Below are positions 34,425 to 44,211 of a DNA stretch of 45,798 bases, piece by piece. Origin of the DNA: Acidimicrobiia bacterium (lineage in GTDB: Bacteria; Actinomycetota; Acidimicrobiia; Spongiisociales; ZC4RG35); NCBI GenBank assembly GCA_036446835.1, contig JAZFTT010000103.1, forward strand, positions 1 through 45,798, given 5' to 3'. The notes under the pieces are model-generated. The model saw nothing but the letters and a program-made list of their open reading frames with translations. It searched no databases and had not been told where the DNA came from. The position numbers and the translations under genes were made by a program. Positions within the stretch are counted from its first letter, which is position 1; each line of letters opens with the position of its first letter.

Positions 34425-35426
34425 TCAACCGACCTTCATCAGCACTTTCATTGAAGAAGGATCGTGCACCAACTCGAATGCCCTCTCGGCCTCGTCGAGA
34501 TCGAGTTCATGAGACACGATTGGCTCTAGCCGGATGGCACCCGCTGCGGCCAGCCCCACGCCGTCGGCATAATCATCTATCACGGCCGCCCTGGGGTTGT
34601 GCAACGTCAATTCCTTGTGATAGAGCTCGTAATAGGGGAGCCCTTTCCCGCCACCTGTGATCGTTCCGTAGGCAAGAATCTCCCCTCCAGTGCCCACCAA
34701 TTTGATCGCCTCGGCGAGGGTGCCCTCGGTACCGACCGCCTCGACCACCAGTTCTGGTCCGTTCCCGCCTGTGATTTCGGTGAGGACGGCTGACGCCTGG
34801 GAGGGCTCGGCCACAGCTACCGCTCCCAAATCGCTTGCGAGACTTCGTTTCCACTCGGAACGGGTGATGCCAATCACGTTCATGCCACGCATTCGGAGCA
34901 GCTGGGCGATGAGCTGGCCGGTAACTCCGAGCCCAATCACTGCCGCCACCTGACCCGGGAACGGCTGGACTCGCCTCACCGCGTGAACACACGTGCCAAG
35001 CACCTGGAGAAGCCCGGCAGCCTTATCCGAGATGGTGTCCGGTACCGGGACCAGCCGGTTGACAGGCGCGACGGTGTAATCGGTGAAGACGCCGTCGGTG
35101 TCCCGTCCAAGGAGCCCGCCATTGATGCATAGGTTCGTGCGCCCGGCCCGGCAGAGATGACACCATCCGCATGACACGCCGGGATCCACAAGAACCCGGG
35201 TTCCGACGGGGTAGGGGCTATTCGGAGGCGCAGCGGCAACCTCGCCGATCATCTCGTGTCCAAGAATCCTCGGGTATGCGACGGGAATCTCGCCGCTGAG
35301 AATCTTGGTGTCGGTTCCACAGATCCCGACCTGGTGAATTCGAACGACAACCTGATTCGAGTCAGAAGGTGTGGGAACGTCGACCACCTCCAGGCGGCCC
35401 GGCTCAGCGACTCTTACAGCTTTCAT
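34425..35426 (-). CDS. Zinc-dependent alcohol / polyol dehydrogenase (MDR, threonine/sorbitol-DH-like)
   Basis: 333 aa; ICGTD, GHEMIGEV, structural-zinc cluster CGWCHLCRAGRTNLC, AVIGLGVTGQL. Confidence 0.9.
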   Translation of the reverse strand: MKAVRVAEPGRLEVVDVPTPSDSNQVVVRIHQVGICGTDTKILSGEIPVAYPRILGHEMIGEVAAAPPNSPYPVGTRVLVDPGVSCGWCHLCRAGRTNLCINGGLLGRDTDGVFTDYTVAPVNRLVPVPDTISDKAAGLLQVLGTCVHAVRRVQPFPGQVAAVIGLGVTGQLIAQLLRMRGMNVIGITRSEWKRSLASDLGAVAVAEPSQASAVLTEITGGNGPELVVEAVGTEGTLAEAIKLVGTGGEILAYGTITGGGKGLPYYELYHKELTLHNPRAAVIDDYADGVGLAAAGAIRLEPIVSHELDLDEAERAFELVHDPSSMKVLMKVG

Positions 35427-35492
35427 TGGTTTCCTCGAAGCGGGTCCCCCATGGTAGATCCGTGGATCATTCCGTTTCGCGACGGCCCCGAT

Positions 35493-35504
35493 CTGTAGTA
35501 TCGG
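35493..35504 (+). promoter_or_regulatory. Box J: CTGTAGTATCGG, -10-like TAGTAT 8 nt upstream of the GntR-2 ATG
   Basis: Shares the 9-mer CTGTAGTAT with box H. Spacing TAGTAT-N8-ATG is compatible with a leaderless transcript. Confidence 0.4.
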
Positions 35505-35509
35505 TGGTT

Positions 35510-36202
35510 ATGGATCCGGTTCCCGAACTCCGAATCTCCGTGCCGGATGAGGGTTCTCCTGTCGTCAGGCAAACAGCCCACGAGTACGTCCGGTCTATTC
35601 TGAGGAGAGCGATTCTCAACGGCGAGCTGACCAGTGGCAGTCGCCTGTTGCAGGCCGAACTCGCGGCAATGTTGGATGTGAGCACCACGCCTCTGCGCGA
35701 AGCTCTCCGCGACCTGGCGACTGAGGGATTGGTTCAGTTCGACCCGCACCGCGGCGCGATCGTCACCGAGCTCAGTGAGGACGATCTCCATGATATCTAC
35801 GAGCTGCGACTGGTGCTCGAACCCCTTGCGATGAGACAGGCCGTCGACAAAGTGAGCAGCGATTTGATCGAGCGCCTACGCCAACTCCACAGTCGCATGC
35901 TCGACGAGCCCCACTCAGCAGAGTGGGTTGATCGAAACCGTGTTTTCCATATGGCCGTGTACGAGAGCGCAGCGTCGCCTCGTCTGGCGGCCATCATCCG
36001 CAATCTTCAGGATGCCTCAGTGATGTACGTTGGCGCGTTTCTTCAGCATCAGCCGTCCTTACGCAAGGGTGCCAACGAGGACCATGCTGCGATTCTTGAC
36101 GCGTTGGAGCGTCGCGATGTCGAGGCGGCGGTGAAGGCTGTCGAGAAGCATCTGAGGACGTCGATAGTCGCATTCCAGAGCGACCAGTCGTCGAATAGCT
36201 AG
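35510..36202 (+). CDS. GntR family transcriptional regulator with FCD domain (GntR-2)
   Basis: Start set to the ATG at 35510. wHTH RLLQAELAAMLDVSTTPLREALRDLATEGLV, closely similar to GntR-1. Its stop overlaps the convergent EamA stop (CTAG). Confidence 0.9.
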   Translation: MDPVPELRISVPDEGSPVVRQTAHEYVRSILRRAILNGELTSGSRLLQAELAAMLDVSTTPLREALRDLATEGLVQFDPHRGAIVTELSEDDLHDIYELRLVLEPLAMRQAVDKVSSDLIERLRQLHSRMLDEPHSAEWVDRNRVFHMAVYESAASPRLAAIIRNLQDASVMYVGAFLQHQPSLRKGANEDHAAILDALERRDVEAAVKAVEKHLRTSIVAFQSDQSSNS

Positions 36203-37164
36203 GGGTCGACAGCTTCAGCGGCTTCGCTGCTGTCGCTGAGAAGATTGAGAGCCACTCCGGCAAGGATGAGCCCCATTCCCAGGATCAAAGCGGTGGTGAT
36301 CTCTTCACCGAGGATGATCGCCGACGAGCCGACTCCCACAACCGGAACGGCCATGAGAGTGAGATTGGTCGACACGGCAGCCAGGTTCCGCAATATCACG
36401 ATCGTGGCCCAGAAGGCGACACCCGTGGCCAGTATCCCTTGGTACGCGACAATCGCGGCCAGCTGTGGGGTCCAGTCGATCGCCGGCGGGCCCTCGACGA
36501 CGAGAGCCGTCAACCCCAGAATCACCCCGGCACCGGCCAACTGCCAAGGAATCGCCTGAAGCGGTGTGATGGTCCAGCGGTGAGCCCTGATATGCACCGA
36601 GGTTGCGGCGAGGGTGATTGCAGCGAGGATCAGCAGACCGTGGCCCGATGCGACCCCGGGTTGACTCCAGTCGTTTCCCCATGGCTCGGTGATAACGACA
36701 ACGCCGACGATGCCGATGACAAGGCCCGTCCATCTCCGACCGCTCATGTTCTCGCCGAGCCAAACGGCCGCGATGGGCACCGTCCAAAGTGACGTTGTCC
36801 ACACCACCACCGATGCCTGGCCCGCCGGAACCAACCGCAGGGCAGTGAATACCAGAACGAATACAAAGGACAGTCGCAAAACAGCCAACGAGACGATTAT
36901 GGGGAGATCACGCCGAGGCGGCAGCTTGATGTTGCCAGTGGTGGCACTGATGAAAAGAATCACCAAGAAAGCTCCTGCAACTCTGAACACGCCCAGCCAA
37001 ATCGGAGTGATCGATTCCAGTGCCGTGGCCATGAGGGGCCAGTTGAAACCCAGCAAGAGGACCACCGTTGCCAGAAGCAGGTAGATGGCGGGCCTGGTCA
37101 GACGACGCTCGCGGCGTGGCTCGTCGCCCGCCGTCCAGATCATGTCTCTAACCGGGCCGGTCAC
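36199..37164 (-). CDS. EamA/DMT family transporter
   Basis: 321 aa, about 10 hydrophobic helices in two repeats. GTG start (the ATG at 37143 is an alternative). Confidence 0.85.
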   Translation of the reverse strand: MTGPVRDMIWTAGDEPRRERRLTRPAIYLLLATVVLLLGFNWPLMATALESITPIWLGVFRVAGAFLVILFISATTGNIKLPPRRDLPIIVSLAVLRLSFVFVLVFTALRLVPAGQASVVVWTTSLWTVPIAAVWLGENMSGRRWTGLVIGIVGVVVITEPWGNDWSQPGVASGHGLLILAAITLAATSVHIRAHRWTITPLQAIPWQLAGAGVILGLTALVVEGPPAIDWTPQLAAIVAYQGILATGVAFWATIVILRNLAAVSTNLTLMAVPVVGVGSSAIILGEEITTALILGMGLILAGVALNLLSDSSEAAEAVDP

Positions 37165-37191
37165 GAGAATCGGACTCCGTCATCCTCGGGC

Positions 37192-37207
37192 GTTATGGTG
37201 CTCGAAC
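37192..37207 (+). promoter_or_regulatory. Box K: GTTATGGTGCTCGAAC, -10-like TATGGT followed by GCT, upstream of amidohydrolase paralog 3
   Basis: TATGGTGCTCGAAC versus box D TATAGTGCACGAAT: 11/14 identical. The hexamer ends 33 nt before the ATG at 37233. Confidence 0.3.
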
Positions 37208-37232
37208 CCTCCACGAGAAGAGCGCGAAGATC

Positions 37233-38231
37233 ATGAAAACGATTGACATCCACTGTCATCTCTCCACCCCCGCCAGCCGCGCTCCGATCGAGGGCCATCG
37301 TCGAAGCGAGTATGAGCATTACAACTACTTCATGGGCGAGGACTCCAAAGAGCAAAATAAGGTAATGTTCCCTTCGATTCGTGACAGCCTGACCGACCCC
37401 GCTGCCCGAATCGAGCACATGGATCGCATGGGGGTCGACCTCCAGGGTCTCGCCACATTCGTATCCGAATATTTCTACTGGGCCCCCGCGACGGCAGCGG
37501 CCGAATCTGCGAGAATTCAGAACGACAATCTTGCGGCGGCGGCCGCCGACAATTCCGATCGGTTTGTTCCTTTGGGCGCGACGGTTCCGCTTCAGGACAC
37601 CGATCTCGCCATCGTTGAGATGGACCGAGCCGTAGATGACCTCGGCTTCAAGGGCCTCCAGATCGGCGGGACGGTCGACGGCCACAATCTCGATGAGCCC
37701 CGGTTCCGTCCGTTCTGGGCGGCAGTCGAGGCCAAGGGCATCCCCGTGATCCTCCATCCGAGTGGCTACCCCGAAAGCCAGCGGCTTTCTGACTACTTCC
37801 TGGTCAATTGCATCGGCAACCCCCTGGAAACGATGGTCGCAGCGACCCGGATGATCTTCAGCGGTCTGTTTGAGGAGCACCCCGGGATCAGGCTGGTCTT
37901 GCTCCACGGAGGTGGATATCTCCCGTTCTACAGCTCCCGAGCCGACCACACCTGGGAGGTCCGACCTGAGACCAGGGTAAAGATCCCCGATCACTCGCCG
38001 AGCTATTACATGAAGAAACTCTTCTATGACACGATGGTGTTTCAGCCCCTGTATCTCCGTCATCTCGTGGAGGTGGTCGGAGTTGACCACGTGATGCTCG
38101 GCACCGACTTTCCCTTCGACATGAGCGAGACCGATCCGCTGGCTTTGATTGGGGCCACCGAGGGAATCAGCGATGACGAGCGCGCCGCAATCTCGGGTGG
38201 CAACGCTGCCTCCCTCTACGGCCTCAACTGA
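37233..38231 (+). CDS. Amidohydro_2 family protein, ACMSD/LigW/LigJ-like (paralog 3)
   Basis: 332 aa; IDIHCHL, RFVPLGATVPLQ, VILHPSG, LVLLHGGGYLPFY, MLGTDFPFDM, GGNAASLYGL. Confidence 0.9.
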   Translation: MKTIDIHCHLSTPASRAPIEGHRRSEYEHYNYFMGEDSKEQNKVMFPSIRDSLTDPAARIEHMDRMGVDLQGLATFVSEYFYWAPATAAAESARIQNDNLAAAAADNSDRFVPLGATVPLQDTDLAIVEMDRAVDDLGFKGLQIGGTVDGHNLDEPRFRPFWAAVEAKGIPVILHPSGYPESQRLSDYFLVNCIGNPLETMVAATRMIFSGLFEEHPGIRLVLLHGGGYLPFYSSRADHTWEVRPETRVKIPDHSPSYYMKKLFYDTMVFQPLYLRHLVEVVGVDHVMLGTDFPFDMSETDPLALIGATEGISDDERAAISGGNAASLYGLN

Positions 38232-38242
38232 AGCAATAGGGC

Positions 38243-39523
38243 TCAAGGGTTGGCCTGAGCCGCCAGTTCGGGCTCGTCGGGATCGTATTCATAGTTGAGG
38301 AAACTGGGTGCCCAACGGGCGATGCCCAACGATGCGACCAAGCAGGCGAGACCTCCGGAGACGATTGAGAATCTGACCGAGGTGAGAGCAGCGACGACTC
38401 CTGCTTCGAGATCGCCGAGCCTCGGTCCGCCGGCCACAACGGCCGTGTGCATCGAAGACAGTCTTCCCCGCAGCGAGTCGGGCACTGACAGCTGAACGAT
38501 TGAGCCGCGGAAGATGGCAGAGACGACGTCGGCCGCCCCCGCCAGGGCAAGCATTGCAAATGCCAGGGCTAGCGAGGAGGTCAGGCCGAAAACAGCGATA
38601 GCAAGACCCCATCCGATGACGGCCAGCACGACTGCCCTTCCTTGCCGGCGAACATGCGACACCCATCCCGACGTCAATGCGCCAACAAGTGCGCCGATCC
38701 CCGGTGCGCCATAGAGGAGGCCAACAGTGAAGGCATCGCCGCCGAGCACCTCTGTTCCGAATGCGGGGAAAAGCGCGGTGGGCATCCCGAAGACCATGGC
38801 GCTCAGGTCGATGAGAAAGGCGGCTTGGATGATGCGCCGTGGTTTCAAGAAACGGAATCCTTCCATGATTGAGGACATCGAGAATGGACTGCCTCCGCCC
38901 TCGGTCTTCACATTCGGAATGCGGAGGATGAGCACGGCACTGGCGAGGAAAGCCAGTGTTTCCAGGCCGTAGGTGACGGAATAGCCGCTTGTGGCTATCA
39001 AAAAGCCACCAATCGCAGGAATGGCCGCTTTCGCGACATTGGTCTGTGTCTGATTCAGTGCCAGGGCCGACGGGAGCAGTGCCCTTCCGACGAGGCCGGG
39101 CACGAGGGCGGCTCGGGCCGGAGAGTCGATGGCCGAGATCCCGGCGTTGATAGCGCTCAGCACGAAAAGCGGCCAGAGCGCAGGACTGTCAGCTAGAGAG
39201 TTCCAGAGCAGCCCGACTCCGGTGAGGGCGAGAACCAGCTGAGACATCCAGAGCAACCGCTTTCGGTCCATGGCGTCGGCGAGAGCGCCCCCGATCAGCG
39301 AAACCGCTAACAGCGGGATTAGTTGCGCCAGACCCAGCAGGCCAACGGCAATTGTCGATCCGGTCATCTCGTACACCTGGATCGGGACCGCCACAACGGT
39401 TAGCTGTCGTCCTATCTGCATGACGAACATGCCGGCAAACAGCCAGCGATAGCCCGATACCTGCCTCAGTGGCGTTATGTCCACTACGGCAAGACGTCCC
39501 AATCTGCGCAGACGACCCGTCAA
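38243..39523 (-). CDS. MFS transporter (2; EntS/MFS_3-like)
   Basis: 426 aa, about 12 hydrophobic helices. TTG start; exact start uncertain. Confidence 0.85.
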   Translation of the reverse strand: MTGRLRRLGRLAVVDITPLRQVSGYRWLFAGMFVMQIGRQLTVVAVPIQVYEMTGSTIAVGLLGLAQLIPLLAVSLIGGALADAMDRKRLLWMSQLVLALTGVGLLWNSLADSPALWPLFVLSAINAGISAIDSPARAALVPGLVGRALLPSALALNQTQTNVAKAAIPAIGGFLIATSGYSVTYGLETLAFLASAVLILRIPNVKTEGGGSPFSMSSIMEGFRFLKPRRIIQAAFLIDLSAMVFGMPTALFPAFGTEVLGGDAFTVGLLYGAPGIGALVGALTSGWVSHVRRQGRAVVLAVIGWGLAIAVFGLTSSLALAFAMLALAGAADVVSAIFRGSIVQLSVPDSLRGRLSSMHTAVVAGGPRLGDLEAGVVAALTSVRFSIVSGGLACLVASLGIARWAPSFLNYEYDPDEPELAAQANP

Positions 39524-39674
39524 TGATCACCAAACCTGTTGGTCTCGCCCGCGGACCCCAATCGGGAGATCACCATTTCGGCGGTCTGGCACGGCGGGAA
39601 GCTGACCCAGAGACCGTTCATTCTAAAGGACCGAGCAACGGCCGGGTAGTGTCGCTGAACGAAATGGAGACACG

Positions 39675-40130
39675 ATGAGAAAGCTCACGCTCGCCGAGGC
39701 CGATGTCATCATTGACGCCGCGCTCGCCAAAGGCCGCGATCTCGACCTGGGAAGGCTGTCGGTGGTCGTGCTCGATGACGGTGGAAATCCGATTGCAATG
39801 AAGCGCGAAGACGGCTCGGAGTTCATGCGCCCCTCGATTGCCAAAGCCAAAGCGTGGGGAGCGCTCGGCATGGGTCTGCCAAGTCGCTTGCTCCACGAGC
39901 GTGCCAAGAAGCTTCCCGTTTTCATGGGAGCGCTCTCCGAGATCTCTGGTGGCCGCCTGGTCGCGCTGCCCGGAGGGGTAATCATTCGAGATGACGAAGG
40001 TCTCATCATCGGCGCGGTTGGGGTGTCGGGCGATGTCTCCGAGCCTGACGAAGTTTGTGCTGTCGCGGGAGTCGAAGCTGCCGGCCTCCAGCCTGACTTC
40101 GGGCAGAACCCGGACTGGGCTCGACCCTGA
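39675..40130 (+). CDS. GlcG/HbpS-like (DUF336, haem-degrading family) protein
   Basis: 151 aa; VVVLDDGGNPIAMKREDG, KAKAWGALGMG, IIGAVGVSGDVSEPDEVCAVAG. Confidence 0.85.
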   Translation: MRKLTLAEADVIIDAALAKGRDLDLGRLSVVVLDDGGNPIAMKREDGSEFMRPSIAKAKAWGALGMGLPSRLLHERAKKLPVFMGALSEISGGRLVALPGGVIIRDDEGLIIGAVGVSGDVSEPDEVCAVAGVEAAGLQPDFGQNPDWARP

Positions 40131-40134
40131 CCCG

Positions 40135-41484
40135 GTGAACAACGAGCTGGCAATCAAGGGCGGAACCGTGGTGTCTGCTCGCGGCCGTCACCGTGCCCAC
40201 ATCTACGTTTCTGACGGACGGATCGTTCACGTCGGTGATCATGATGAGCAGGCCGATCGGGTCGTCGATGCCACAGGGTTGAGCGTTCTTCCCGGGATGG
40301 TGGATACCCATGTTCACCTCATGGATCCAGGGGCGACCGACCGGGAGGACTTTCCGACGGGGACGGCGGCAGCCGCTGTGGCAGGAGTCACCACGATCGT
40401 CGAGCACACCCATGCCAACCCGTTGCGCAGTGTTGCCGACCTGAGGGAGAAACTCGCGTACCTCGAAGGCCGATCCAACATCGATTTCGGACTGGCCGCA
40501 CACACCTGGCCCGACCGCATCGACGACCTTGGTGCCCTCTGGGAAGCCGGGGTGACGTTCTTCAAGATCTTCACCTGCACGACCCACGGAGTTCCGGGTC
40601 TCGACGCTGCCCGCCTCGAAGAAGCCCTCGCCGCCATGGCTTCATTCGGTGGGGTGTGTCTCATTCATTGCGAAGACGAGACCATGACTGCCGACGCAGA
40701 AGCAAAGCTGCGTGAGCAGGGGAGAAACGACAACGGAATTCTCAATGAATGGCGCACTCTTGAAGCTGAGGAGGTAGCGGTAGCGGTAGCGGCTGCCCTT
40801 GCTGAACGCACCGGAGCACGAGCAACCATCGCTCATGTCAGCAGTCCGTCGGTGGCCGATATCATCACCGAAGCTCGGGGGAGAGGCGCCGATCTAGTCG
40901 CCGAGGCCTGTCCCCAGTACTTCACCCTCCGGGAGGACGAAGTCCTCACCGAGGGCCCGCTCCGCAAGTTCACCCCACCTACCCGAAGTCGGTCCGATGC
41001 CGACGAGGAGAAGATGTGGGACCTGTTGCGCACAGGGGTTCTGAACCATGTATCCACCGACCACGCCCCGTCAACCCGTCAGCAGAAACAGCATGGGATT
41101 TGGGACGCACCCTTCGGGCTTCCTGGTCTGGATACCACAACGCCCTTTCTGTTCGATGCAGTCCATCGGAGGCGGCTTTCCCTGGAGGATGTGGTGAGGG
41201 TGTATTCGGAGGCGCCGGCAAAACGGTACGGCCTTTTTCCCCGCAAGGGGCATCTGGGTGTCGGCGCTGACGCCGACCTGGTGCTTGTTGACGAAGAGAG
41301 GTCCTGGACGGTGTCGGACGATGATGTGATCTCAAAGGCAGGCTGGTCTCCGTACACGGGGCGGAAGCTGATCGGTCGCGTCCATACCACCTATCTCCGG
41401 GGCCGTTTGATCGCTTCGGATCGAAGCCCGATCGATGGGCGAGACGGCCGCTTTGTCCCTGGTGCAGGGGCCGTCTCGGGCTGA
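40135..41484 (+). CDS. Cyclic amidohydrolase (allantoinase / dihydropyrimidinase / dihydroorotase-like, Amidohydro_1)
   Basis: Start set to the GTG at 40135, 4 nt after the GlcG stop; the ORF-track start (39991) lies inside glcG. PGMVDTHVHLMDPG, TGTAAAAVAGVTT, FFKIF (carbamylated-Lys context), IHCEDE, STDHAP. Confidence 0.85.
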   Translation: MNNELAIKGGTVVSARGRHRAHIYVSDGRIVHVGDHDEQADRVVDATGLSVLPGMVDTHVHLMDPGATDREDFPTGTAAAAVAGVTTIVEHTHANPLRSVADLREKLAYLEGRSNIDFGLAAHTWPDRIDDLGALWEAGVTFFKIFTCTTHGVPGLDAARLEEALAAMASFGGVCLIHCEDETMTADAEAKLREQGRNDNGILNEWRTLEAEEVAVAVAAALAERTGARATIAHVSSPSVADIITEARGRGADLVAEACPQYFTLREDEVLTEGPLRKFTPPTRSRSDADEEKMWDLLRTGVLNHVSTDHAPSTRQQKQHGIWDAPFGLPGLDTTTPFLFDAVHRRRLSLEDVVRVYSEAPAKRYGLFPRKGHLGVGADADLVLVDEERSWTVSDDDVISKAGWSPYTGRKLIGRVHTTYLRGRLIASDRSPIDGRDGRFVPGAGAVSG

Positions 41485-41553
41485 TTCTGGGTTGGGTGGA
41501 CCCATATATATTCACAGCGCCGAGACGGACACATCGAAGGTGAGGCCACGACA

Positions 41554-42546
41554 ATGATTGACAAGGTGCGATTGGCTTCTGTTGGCCTGGGATGGTGGGG
41601 CACCGTCCTTGCTGAAGCAGCGATAGCCGGAGGTGCGGAGTCTGCTGGCGCGTATGCCCGGACTGTCGAGTCCAGGGAAGCCTTCACCGACCAACACGGC
41701 GGCCGAGCTTTTGAGAGTTTTGACCAAGTCCTCGAGGCCCCCGACGTCGACGGTGTCCTTCTGGCCACACCACACACGACCCACGCCGACCTGATCGTGG
41801 CGGCGGCCGGGGCCGGTAAGCACGTATTCGTTGAAAAGCCGCTCGCCCTGACGGTTTCTTCCGCCAGGCGGGCTGTTACGGCCGCGGAAGAAGTCGGAAT
41901 CGTTCTCCAGGTCGGCCATAACAAACGGCGTCAGCCGGCCAACCGGCGCTTGAAAGAGCTCATCGAGACCGGGAAGCTGGGGACCGTGACGATGATCGAT
42001 ACCTATCAGTCGATTCCCAAGGCTCTCGGCTTCGATCCCGACTACTGGAGGGCGAATAGCACTGAAAGCCCCCTGGGCGGAATGACAAGTCTCGGGGTCC
42101 ACATGATCGACACGATGACCTACTTGTTGGGGCCGATCAAGTGCGTGTTTGCGTTCAGCAAAGCGATTCTCGAGACGCCACCCATCGACCATGCCACATC
42201 CATCGTCTTTGAGTTCGACTCAGGTCCCTTGGGTTATCTGGGGACTTCGTTCGTGGTCCCTCGCGCCACCTCGGTGGCCGTTCGAGGAACCAAAGGCGCC
42301 GCGATCAATGACGACGACGGCACCCGGTTCTATTTCCAGGCTCCACAAGAACAGTTCCGTAGCGAGCAATCCGTAGAGGTCATCGACACCATCGCTGACG
42401 AGCTTCGCGAGTTCGTGATGGCGATTCGGGGCGAGACGAAACCCGAGACTGCGGGGCCAGAAGGCCTCGAAGTCGTTGCGGTTCTCGAAGCGGCTATGGC
42501 TTCAAGCAAGTCTGGATGCGCCGAAGCCGTAGCGGAGTTCCGATAG
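41554..42546 (+). CDS. Gfo/Idh/MocA family oxidoreductase (paralog 3)
   Basis: 330 aa; VGLGWWGT, HVFVEKPLALT, VGHNKRRQPANRRLKE. Collinear with paralog 1. Confidence 0.9.
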   Translation: MIDKVRLASVGLGWWGTVLAEAAIAGGAESAGAYARTVESREAFTDQHGGRAFESFDQVLEAPDVDGVLLATPHTTHADLIVAAAGAGKHVFVEKPLALTVSSARRAVTAAEEVGIVLQVGHNKRRQPANRRLKELIETGKLGTVTMIDTYQSIPKALGFDPDYWRANSTESPLGGMTSLGVHMIDTMTYLLGPIKCVFAFSKAILETPPIDHATSIVFEFDSGPLGYLGTSFVVPRATSVAVRGTKGAAINDDDGTRFYFQAPQEQFRSEQSVEVIDTIADELREFVMAIRGETKPETAGPEGLEVVAVLEAAMASSKSGCAEAVAEFR

Positions 42547-42550
42547 GCAG

Positions 42551-43432
42551 CTAACGAGCGAAACCGGCCTTCGCTTCCAACAACCGGGCGAGAGCCGCTG
42601 CATCGAAGTCACCGAGGTGCTGCTCAACCGCCTCCACGTACCATGGAAGACACGCATCGAGGAGTGGTGTTGGGACTCCTAGATCGCGACCAAAATCACC
42701 GATGACGTCGATGTCCTTGATGAACATCTTGAGTTTGGCGGCGGGCGGGTAGGCGTCTTCGACCATCATCGGTCCTCGGATCTCAAAGATTCTCGAACTC
42801 CCAGCTCCGGCGGACACCACATCGAGAATCTGTTGCGGGTCCAGCCCACCTTTCATCCCCAAAACGAACGCCTCGGCGGTCGCGAGGTTGTGGACCGAGA
42901 CAAGCAAGTTGGCCACGAATTTCATCTTCGAACCGTTGCCGAAGCTCCCGAGGTCGAAGGTGACTTTGGCAATGGCGTCGAGGACCGGTCGGACCCGGTC
43001 GAGGGTGGTGGTGTCGCCGCTGGCGTAGATGACGATTTCTGCGGCCTCTGCTTGGAGACCCGTGCCGCTGACCGGGGCATCGAGCATGGTTACTCCAACA
43101 GCTCGAAGCGCGGCGCGGGCACGTTTCTTCGCTTGGAGGGGGAAGGTGCTCATCTCCACGACGACGAGGTCGCTGTGGCCGCCCTTATCGAGCCCGCCTT
43201 CTCCTTCGACTGCTTCCTCGAGAGCAGATACAGAGGGCAAGGCAACAAGGACGACGTCTGAGTTGGCGGCGACTGCGGCGGCAGATTCGGTGGGCAGGCC
43301 TCCCGCTTCTTCCATAGCCTTCCGACGGACCGGTTCGATGTCGAAGCCGGTAACTCCGAACCCCGCTTTCAACAGGTTGTGAGTGTAAGCCGTGCCCATG
43401 ATCCCGAGCCCAACCAGTCCGACTTGGTCCAT
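42551..43432 (-). CDS. NAD(P)-dependent 3-hydroxyisobutyrate-dehydrogenase-like reductase (paralog 2)
   Basis: Only the last 293 codons of the 599-aa ORF 42551..44350 are used. ATG at 43432 with GGAGGAG RBS. VGLVGLGIMGTAY Rossmann, GNGSKMKFVANL. Confidence 0.85.
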   Translation of the reverse strand: MDQVGLVGLGIMGTAYTHNLLKAGFGVTGFDIEPVRRKAMEEAGGLPTESAAAVAANSDVVLVALPSVSALEEAVEGEGGLDKGGHSDLVVVEMSTFPLQAKKRARAALRAVGVTMLDAPVSGTGLQAEAAEIVIYASGDTTTLDRVRPVLDAIAKVTFDLGSFGNGSKMKFVANLLVSVHNLATAEAFVLGMKGGLDPQQILDVVSAGAGSSRIFEIRGPMMVEDAYPPAAKLKMFIKDIDVIGDFGRDLGVPTPLLDACLPWYVEAVEQHLGDFDAAALARLLEAKAGFAR

Positions 43433-43689
43433 TTCTCCTCCTGGTCCGGGGTTTGCATGAGCCTTGATCCTACGGAATTTTCGGCTCCTTTTCGATCCGG
43501 GTGGACCCACATGGTCATAACCCAGTGCCCAAGATGCCCTTTTGCGTGCCACACCGGGTGGGCGCCACCGAATAGTCGCTTCCCCGGTGGTGATACGGCT
43601 CATTCTCACTTGGTTGGACCGCCTCTTCGATCGACTATCGACCCACAGGCGATAGGACGCCGCATCGTGGAGCGAGAGACCGGCAATCC

Positions 43690-44044
43690 AGTGGATGACG
43701 GCGGGCATCCGATCGCAATGAGGCGCGAGGACGGTTCCGAGTTTCTCAGACCTTGGATCGCCAACGCCAAGGCTTGGGGGCGCTCGGCATGGGGCTGCCC
43801 AGCCGGCTGGTATACCAGCGGGCCAAGAACCTGCCTGTCTTCGGCGGTGGTCATTCGGAGATCTCGGATGGCCGGCTTGTGGCGCTCCCGGCAGGGTCAT
43901 CATCCGCGACGCCGACGGCGACATCTTGGGTGCCGTTGGAGTGTCAGGCGATGTCTCTGAACCGGACGAAGTTTGTGCGGTGGCGGGAGTCAAGGCAGCG
44001 GATCGTGAGGCCGATGTCGGCCAGAATCTCCAATGGCGCAGGCC
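43690..44044 (+). pseudogene. GlcG-like pseudogene (5'-truncated, at least two 1-nt deletions, stop lost)
   Basis: By-eye DNA alignment to 39770..40127: similar throughout. The homologous peptide pieces lie in three frames: DDGGHPIAMRREDGSEF / GALGMGLPSRLVYQRAKNLPVF / GAVGVSGDVSEPDEVCAVAGVKAA. Single-base gaps sit near 43776..43780 and 43896. Confidence 0.75.
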
Positions 44045-44097
44045 TACAATATGTCTTGTACCAGAGAAGGTATCTCGCTGGCCGTCTGGCCATCTCG

Positions 44098-44119
44098 GAT
44101 TGTATATAGTGCACGAATC
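44098..44119 (+). promoter_or_regulatory. Box D: GATTGTATATAGTGCACGAATC with -10-like TATAGT followed by GCA, upstream of the ABC ATPase
   Basis: 15/21 identical to box C. Contains TAGTGCACGA, an exact fit to the FadR-type GntR operator pattern T.GT..AC.A. The hexamer ends 101 nt before the ATG at 44212. Confidence 0.4.
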
Positions 44120-44211
44120 ACCCATTTCGCCCAGGCTGAAACTTCGGCGCCTACCAAGATTTGACCATCTAGGTATCTCGGTGTCAGTTTTCGCTTTCTT
44201 GAAGGAGTTGG

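Noticed and set aside
37161-38246. 361-aa minus-strand ORF antisense to amidohydrolase paralog 3. Similar long antisense ORFs occur at 28287..29189, 22096..22932, 20770..21426, 6015..6752, 29429..30061, 23099..23719 and 9890..10507
   Set aside because: Each lies entirely opposite a gene with clear family motifs and shows no recognisable motifs itself. Long open antisense frames are expected in GC-rich coding DNA.
40773-40790. Tandem hexamer GGTAGC x3 inside the cyclic amidohydrolase gene
   Set aside because: It is in frame, encodes (VA)3 in an Ala/Val-rich helix, has only three units, and shows no sign of phase variation.
44068-44180. 10-mer AGGTATCTCG present twice (44068..44077 and 44171..44180), flanking box D upstream of the ATPase gene
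   Set aside because: A single 10-mer pair in ~780 nt of non-coding DNA is only weakly improbable. There is no third copy and no palindromic structure. Kept as a note only.
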